From Lingula anatina (Eukaryota; Animalia; Brachiopoda), in assembly GCA_051362555.1 (NCBI GenBank), contig JBPQGU010000016.1:5828001-5892000 (forward strand): a stretch of DNA of 64,000 nucleotides, in the 5' to 3' direction. A model generated the notes under the pieces. That model did no database searches and was not told where the DNA came from. It worked only from the letters and a program-made list of their open reading frames with translations. Within the stretch, counting starts at the first letter, position 1. Each line of letters starts with the position of its first letter. The position numbers and the translations under genes are program-made. This document shows positions 38,151-64,000 of this stretch, in pieces.

Positions 38151-41100
38151 TTGTGCATGACCGTCATTGCTCTTATTGTTCTCTTTTCCTTGAACTGAGA
38201 GTAGAAGGCGTCATTTTAAGAAAAATTATAGGATAAGATCAATGTTGCTTTATAAGATTGGTATTGTGTAATTTATTTGTGACAGAGAATTTCATGTGAT
38301 AGCACGAAAAACGAACAAACAAACATGATCACCGCTGAATCTATGTACGTCAGTAGCAGATTCTATGTTATTTCTTTAGTTTCTGTATAAAACTCTTGGA
38401 TAAATGATAATTATAAATGAAACAAGATAAACGGCAAATGTCAAAAAGCAATTTATATTCATTAATTAAAATAATTACTTCTATTGTTGAATGTCGAAGC
38501 TGAATGCGTCGAAATTTCGATGGATGTCGTTAATGGTTTCCAACACTTGTTGTTTAACAGCATTTATGTCATTAAAATCAAATTAAGAAATATATTATTC
38601 ATAAATCAACATGCTTGTTGTTTAGGATTCTGCCTTTATTTCTTTCCAAAAGATTGTTTCTGAGACGCCCATGTCTAGATCCAAGGCAAAAATAGGCCTA
38701 CCTGTCTACCTTGTTTGCATTCTGATAGCTTGATCAGCTGATTTTCATAGACATAAAGCATTACTGGTAATTAAAAAATAAAGAAACGTCTAGGATCGTT
38801 TTGATCATGAATAACGAAAAGCTTGTCTGTAGTCCCATATATTTCATTTATGTCAATCAAGATAAATCGCAATTTGCAGAAAAAATTCTTAAAACGCACA
38901 TCTTTCACATTTAAAGGAAATAAAATACAGTAAGTAAATAAATGAGTAAATAAAAAATGAGGATTTTAGATTTTTCTTTGTCATTTAAAAATACAATTGG
39001 AATTTAAACTGTGAACCAAAATATCATAAAATTGTTTAACCGGTGGGTTGATGTTCGCGCCTCCTCCTTTCAGTAAAATAAATACAGACACGGGCGGTGA
39101 AACATACAACACAGGGCTGGCCTTCGCTTTATGGGTGCCATTTTACTTGGAAGAATTAAAGGCTGGTAAATCTAACTGAAGGCTAGCGGTATTTTTGGAT
39201 AATGACATTAACCAGATTAAGCAAATGTAGAAATGGGATTATTTACCTTGGTCATAGAAATGTATGATAGAAAATGCTGGTTGACTGAAGTGCAGTGAAT
39301 GGCTATCTAAGGACAGGTTCTTTCCGCGTACCTTGTTAAAAGTAGTTAAGAGGACGAATGATGCTATTTCTAGGTTATCAAATCTATCGTGAAAATCCGA
39401 TTTTTTTACTGTGTGGTCAGTAACATCACAGTAAAATTGGTGTGTGCAGTGATTTTACATCAGGGGGGCAATTTTTCCAAGCTGTCTGCTTGTTTTTACA
39501 GTTAATTTAACAGTTTAAATGCTAAAGCTCGATGTGGTTTAGCGGTATTTTACGATTATTGATAAAGTGTGAGTGCTGTTTAAAAAGATGATGTATGTAC
39601 GAACTGAGGTCCACAGTAGTTTAGAGATATGTCTTCCCATAGCGTTCCTCGTGTACAGTTTTATCAATGGAACAGAAATTAACGCCTGAGTTCGTAAAAT
39701 TGAGCTTAACATCTATGCAGCAAATACAATAATACTGATCACTGAGTAGTTTCTTTCCGTCCATAAATGAAAAAATAAAACCCCAGCATTACAAAAGTCA
39801 CAATATATACCTTTTTTTGTTTTACTTTCTTATTTTTTTAAACATAAATCTATATATTTCTCCTTTCTAATTTCAAATGGTAAATAAAATCCGTGAAAAT
39901 ATAAAATTAGATAAACCAATTTCTTCTTATGTATTTCAAAAATCTGCATTTTTCCGAATTCTGAAACTCTCTCCACGCTGTTTTAAGAAACGATACAGTT
40001 AACGCTGCACTCAGATTCAATTTACATAAAACAGAAAATCCACGGAGTTAATTATTAATGCCTTAGACACAAATATCCTCGAGTTTCACGGTGTTTTGTC
40101 GAAGATTGAAAGCTCCAAGTTCAACCACGGAGATTATAAATTAAGGGCCGTACTCACAAATAGTATCAAAAATAAAAATCTTAATTCTCATTAACAATTT
40201 TGAATTTTTTTCCTCTCTCCTTTTTTTCTTTATGCTTTATTTTATATCTGTGTATAGTAGAATTCTTTATAACGACGCTGCATTTAAACCGTAGCCTACA
40301 CCAAATTATAGCATATAAATCTGGTAGAATTGTTTACAGCACATAAACAACCATAAGTTATTTCTTTCTCTTTCACACATATGACGTTTGTCTCAGTCAG
40401 TACGAACTCGTTCAAAATACCTCCTTCTATCTTACTTCTGCGTGTGCGCGCGAGAAAGCGTGGTGTGCGCGTGCGGGTGTTCAAACTGTTTAGTTGAATA
40501 TTATAGAAACCCTTATCGAGATTAATTTCTGACAAGTGAATGCATTAATGTCACACTGAGTATCTCTCATTTTCCTCAACGGTACTTTTTTCCGTCACTT
40601 TAATTACCGAACGAGCAAAACAAGTTTGCGGCACGACAACTAAAAAGATATGAAGTAGGGAAACGATTCGGATCACGAGAAATGTTCTCAAATAACTATG
40701 CGGCGTCCTGCAAGCAAATGTGCATTTCTTTGTTTAAGGCTACATCTTGAAAAATGTTGTGAATGAAAAAAATTGAAAGTGGCTTCTTCGATAACAGTCT
40801 TGGGGCTATACGGCGGCCTAGGTGTTTCAACAGATACCTCACTTTTACGCAAGTCGCATGTCCCCGTTGCTTTAGAGTTTCTAGTGAGAGCCTCTAGTGT
40901 GGCATGAAAAAGAAAGTCGGTGACAGATATACAAATACTTCAAGAGTCTATATCGAGCAGAGAAGCCACTCCGAACAAAATTCTTTGTTGTTCTATTTCA
41001 GTCAGGGCTGTAAATATTTTTTGCTTTTCGAAACAAATTTCCACGCGGGTTGCGTAAATATTGCTAGCAAACTGGTCAAATGCAATTTTGCTTTAATATG

Positions 41101-43239
41101 AACAACACTTTTTGCATTGAGCCGAAATATTCAGATATTCGTTTTAAACCAATTTCTTTGATCCAGGCCGTTTTCAGCTATCATTATCAAATATATCCAG
41201 TCGATACTAAAAAAAATGCGTTCGCCAAATCTCAGGATGTCTCCGTTCTATTAGGAATAATAATTTGTCATGGATACTCGTGTATATTCTATTAAAACAT
41301 CCGTTTCGCAGGAATATGAAATTTATTATCAAATGTTTTTGTTTTTTGCCTCCGTGCTGAAGTATGATGTGTAAGAACAGATTTAATTCCAAAATGAAAC
41401 GGGAATCTTCAAAGAGGACAAAATTGTGGAGAAAAACCATAGTCTCTTTTAATGGAAATTATGTGGCGGTTTTTATTAATCGATCTCATTCAATCAAAGT
41501 TTCTTTTGCCGCATATCCCGTTTTTAGTAACCCTTATAAAAATCAGGGGATATTTGTTTCTTCATTTACTTCAGGAGTTATTCAACTTTGTGGTACGATT
41601 GACATAATGCTAACCGATATTCTGTGAAAAGCGAGAAAAAAAATCGTGTCAGTAACGTTGTTTATTAAGTGGGCCGATATGAATGCAACGTACTTCACAT
41701 GTTGGGAGTTCGACAGGGAAAACATAAATATTGACGATACATAAAATTAGATACAGATTACGAGTTTGCCAACAGAACTTTGATTGAATCTATATTGAAA
41801 GTGCTTGCTTTATTTCAACAAGGAAAATGAAATAGAGAAAGCTTGTAGATAAAAGAAGAAAAACAGAGAAAGGGATTTTTTATAATTCGCTTTTTTCTCT
41901 TTTTTGGGCATTCTTCTGAATAATATGAGTACAGCGAAATAATAGAGCGCACACCGTTCGTTGTCATAAGACTATGGTATGACTGCAAATTTAGGCGTAT
42001 TATTACCCTCATTATAACAGGATTATATTCATACCTTATAGTTGTTTGGGAATAAAATGCTTCCTCGAGCAAGGCTATTCTTCATGCCACTTCTCTGCTC
42101 TACTTTTCCAAACTTCATTGATCTCCCAGTAGAAGCTTTGTCTAAGTGCAAGCCTTCACGAGCAGACTACAAAATATCCTTTTCTGGATGCGAATTACAG
42201 ATACGTCCATTTTTCGGCAGTCGAGCCCTCGTAATTAAAGATTGAATTAAAAATCAAATTTCCATTTCACCTAGCTTGCATACAGATAGGGCAGTGGCGC
42301 CGGGGCCCTACACGGGCCAATAGGTTGGGAACGAACCGACGTGAAACTATTTCAGCGCATGCAACTAACGGGAACTTTGCAGTGCTGTGACATTTACTTT
42401 CTTTGTTTATTTTTTTTTCCAATCTTTATTGTTCAGAAATAGAATTGTATTGGTGTGGAATATTACTTATAAATTGAAAAACATCCCCCCGTTTTCCTGC
42501 TTTCACTTTAAAACAATCAAGTTAATATTACTTAAATTGTTTGCAATTAGCAATTAGCGCCGCCCTTATCCGTGTTCAGCGCTTGTGAGAAGACGTGAAA
42601 AGATAAATAATATTTTGTGTAAATATGCATGCTAAGGAGTAACTTAAAGCGAGATCTGAAATCTTATCCGGGATCATCAGATTTTTTTTCAAGATTAAAA
42701 ATCTTAAGTTTATGTACATCGTAGAGTGGTCTCAGCAAGTGGAGTTTAGCGTGCGTCAGCCACTCTGATGCTTATCCAGTACATTAACGGTTCAAAATAA
42801 ACCACTCGCACGTGCTGTCGCAGGCAGCAAGTTAGATGAGCCATGACAATGCAAGATATAAAAGTAGCCGCTCTGTTTCATGAAAAGTTGAATTCAAATT
42901 TACCTTTGTTGACCTTCATTGAGTTGCGTGCCTACGCCGCATCAGGGTTCGTCGGAACCCTTGTGTGCCAAATCACTGGGACATTTTTCTAACTCATTAC
43001 AGTTTGAGTTATCGTAATTTGCTTTATGCATATTTGCCGCGATAGAGGTGCACGGCGGCTTGCACACCTGTAAAAACCTGCACCACGGATCTTCCACATA
43101 CAGCGATGTGTCGAAATTTCCTTAGGATTCCTCCCTTATACCGACATGCTTAAACAAACGTTCTAATAGAATTCACACGAGAAAAAATATTTGCGTACAA
43201 CAAAAATTTCCTTTAAATCCCGAGAAAACTCCTGCCATA

Positions 43240-44145
43240 GTGACAGTGACTTTCGCCAGTTTTATTTCTTCCCAACGGTCAAATTTTAAGGAAAGAGTTG
43301 AATTCAGCGGCAAAGTGTGTTTTAAGCTTGGATTGGTTGTTTACAGCAGTTTGTCATGTAATCCGATTAGGCAGACAATATGATGAATGACCTGTAGGCG
43401 GGGTTAGAGGCAGGACACGCTACGCTCTTCAGCTGTTACCCTAAAGACGACGCTACACACTCTCTCCACTCATCTTTGTCTGTCGCCATATGGCGCATTC
43501 ACTATTATATTTTTTCACAGTGTTTACGTGTTTGTCTTCATTTTGCCTCCCATCTCTCTCGAACTGAGGCTTATTTTGCAAGTAATTTACGATAGTTGCG
43601 ACTCGAGAATTTACGATTTATTACCATGAAGAGCACTGGTGTTATCGTTCACCATTCATCTTTTCGCCTCTTCATCGTAGTGTAAAACTCACAAATGCGA
43701 AGTGACGTTTGGTCCTTTCGTTCGTGAATTTCCCGAGAAATTCGACGATACATTTTACCGATGTGGAGGTAAACCCACTTTCGCGCAAAAATAAACTTTT
43801 CTTTAGATTCAAACTGAAACCCCTTACAGATTTTCTCACAGCTTCAACCCTCCAGGCAATTGACTTCAATGACAGCTCATTTGTTACTCGTCACTATGGC
43901 AACGGCGGATGATTGACAGCCTCGCTGGAAGAGGCCACGAGCATCGACAGTTTAGTTGTTAAACTCGGATAGTGTTGACTTCAGACCAAATGGAGGGATA
44001 TGCTGTTTGACATGAAGTGAATGAAGTGACAAGAAGGGATTGGGAATTTGTTACTCGGGCAAGTGAACATCGCAGGTGAAGCAAGCTTACGCAATTTGGA
44101 CAGGAACGGCTTAAATCATTACGATCGAGCCGACAAACTATATGT
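43240..44145 (+). promoter_or_regulatory. Meis promoter and long 5' UTR, CpG-rich, with TALE-factor sites
   Basis: GATTGG (CCAAT box) near 43331, ggcggg near 43397, TGACAG near 43241 and 43870, and TGATTGACAG at 43910-43919. The transcription start cannot be fixed from sequence alone. Confidence 0.55.
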
Positions 44146-62809
<18,664 letters not shown>

Positions 62810-63443
62810 GTAAGAAACCATACACACATACACACTCATAATTTTATGCAAAGACATGAACATCAAGTAGAAATGATTCCACCTTGCTCCTGAAATCTGC
62901 AATATGTAGTCAACAAAGATGAGTATTTTTTGTTATGAACTGGTCAGTTTTGATTGAACCTTTGATTTGTTATTATAACAAGGGTCTGCTGTATTCCATG
63001 AATTTAGGTTTAAATACTTTATGGCAAAAATTAATGATAGGATTTGTAGCAATTATAAATAAATAAATAAATCAGGTTAATTAGGTATGAATTAAAAAGT
63101 AAACTATATTTAGCAAAAATTTTGATATTAAACTGAAGACTGCAAATAAGTGAATTTTACTCTTCCCAGTTGAATTTTTAATAAGTGTATGCTGTAGTAA
63201 AGCAGTCAACAGGTAATTTTTTTTTCATTTTTCACTTCTGTAAATTTAAGTTTGTCGTGAGAAACAGTTATTTGGTACTACCCAACCCCAAATCAAAGAT
63301 GATTATCATGCCATTGACACAAGCTGGGGGAATGTCGCGGTGATGAACTGAGAGAGAGAGAACCCATGACAGTGATAGGGCTTACAGACCGCATCACAGG
63401 GAACAGGGTAGTTTACACAGGGAACAGGTATTCCCCTGTCACC

Positions 63444-63490
<47 letters not shown>

Positions 63491-64000
63491 CTCTCTCTAA
63501 TGTGAAAGTGTATGACACACAGGTTCACAGACAGTGATTATAGATATATTGGCTTGATATGAAAACATATTTATTTATAAACCTAGAATCAAATCTTCAG
63601 GTGGTGAAAAATAATTTAAATGTAAATATGAAATGGAAGTGACTGTCATTAAAGTTTAGAAAAAAATTCAATTTGGGAGGTTATCTTATTAAATGGGTTG
63701 CAGGGTACTTAGCAATATGCTTAAGAATGCAAGGAAATTTTATCTCAAAATTAAAATCTCAAGTAGATATGAAAGAGGAAGAAGTGATAGTCTGTAAATG
63801 ATAAGTTTGAGTGTCCCCCACAAGTGAGAATACACGGGCAATGTGTCACAGTAAACTATGGACATCCCACACCAGTGAACAGCCCCTCTTCTGAAAATCT
63901 AATTCTCTTTTATCAAAGGTGACGTGAACAAGCACTTGCTTTTCAAAGACCCATCTGAAATGCATTTTTATTCATTGTAAAGCATATGTGACAATGTATT

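Overview
AT-rich, intron-rich animal genomic DNA. It is probably a lophotrochozoan such as a mollusc, inferred from the HINE/pearl-type repeats and the hth-like Meis linker. I reconstructed three spliced genes by hand from GT-AG junctions and reading phase. (1) + strand 4469-18726: the 3' part (23 exons) of a Jagged/Serrate-like type I membrane protein with at least 31 EGF repeats, a VWC domain, a Jagged stalk, a TM helix and an FxNPxY tail. (2) - strand 35660-23062: a complete 15-exon, 458-aa gamma-butyrobetaine dioxygenase (BBOX/TMLH family) gene. (3) + strand from 44146 past the window end: Meis/homothorax exons 1-7. Introns hold a decayed LINE, HINE-like elements and several MITEs. The most unusual feature is a 1.24-kb array (6525-7766) in the EGF gene, where the acceptor and 5' part of one exon are repeated to give 20 in-frame 3' splice sites. 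Three smaller duplications across splice junctions occur elsewhere in the window. No alignments or database searches were run.
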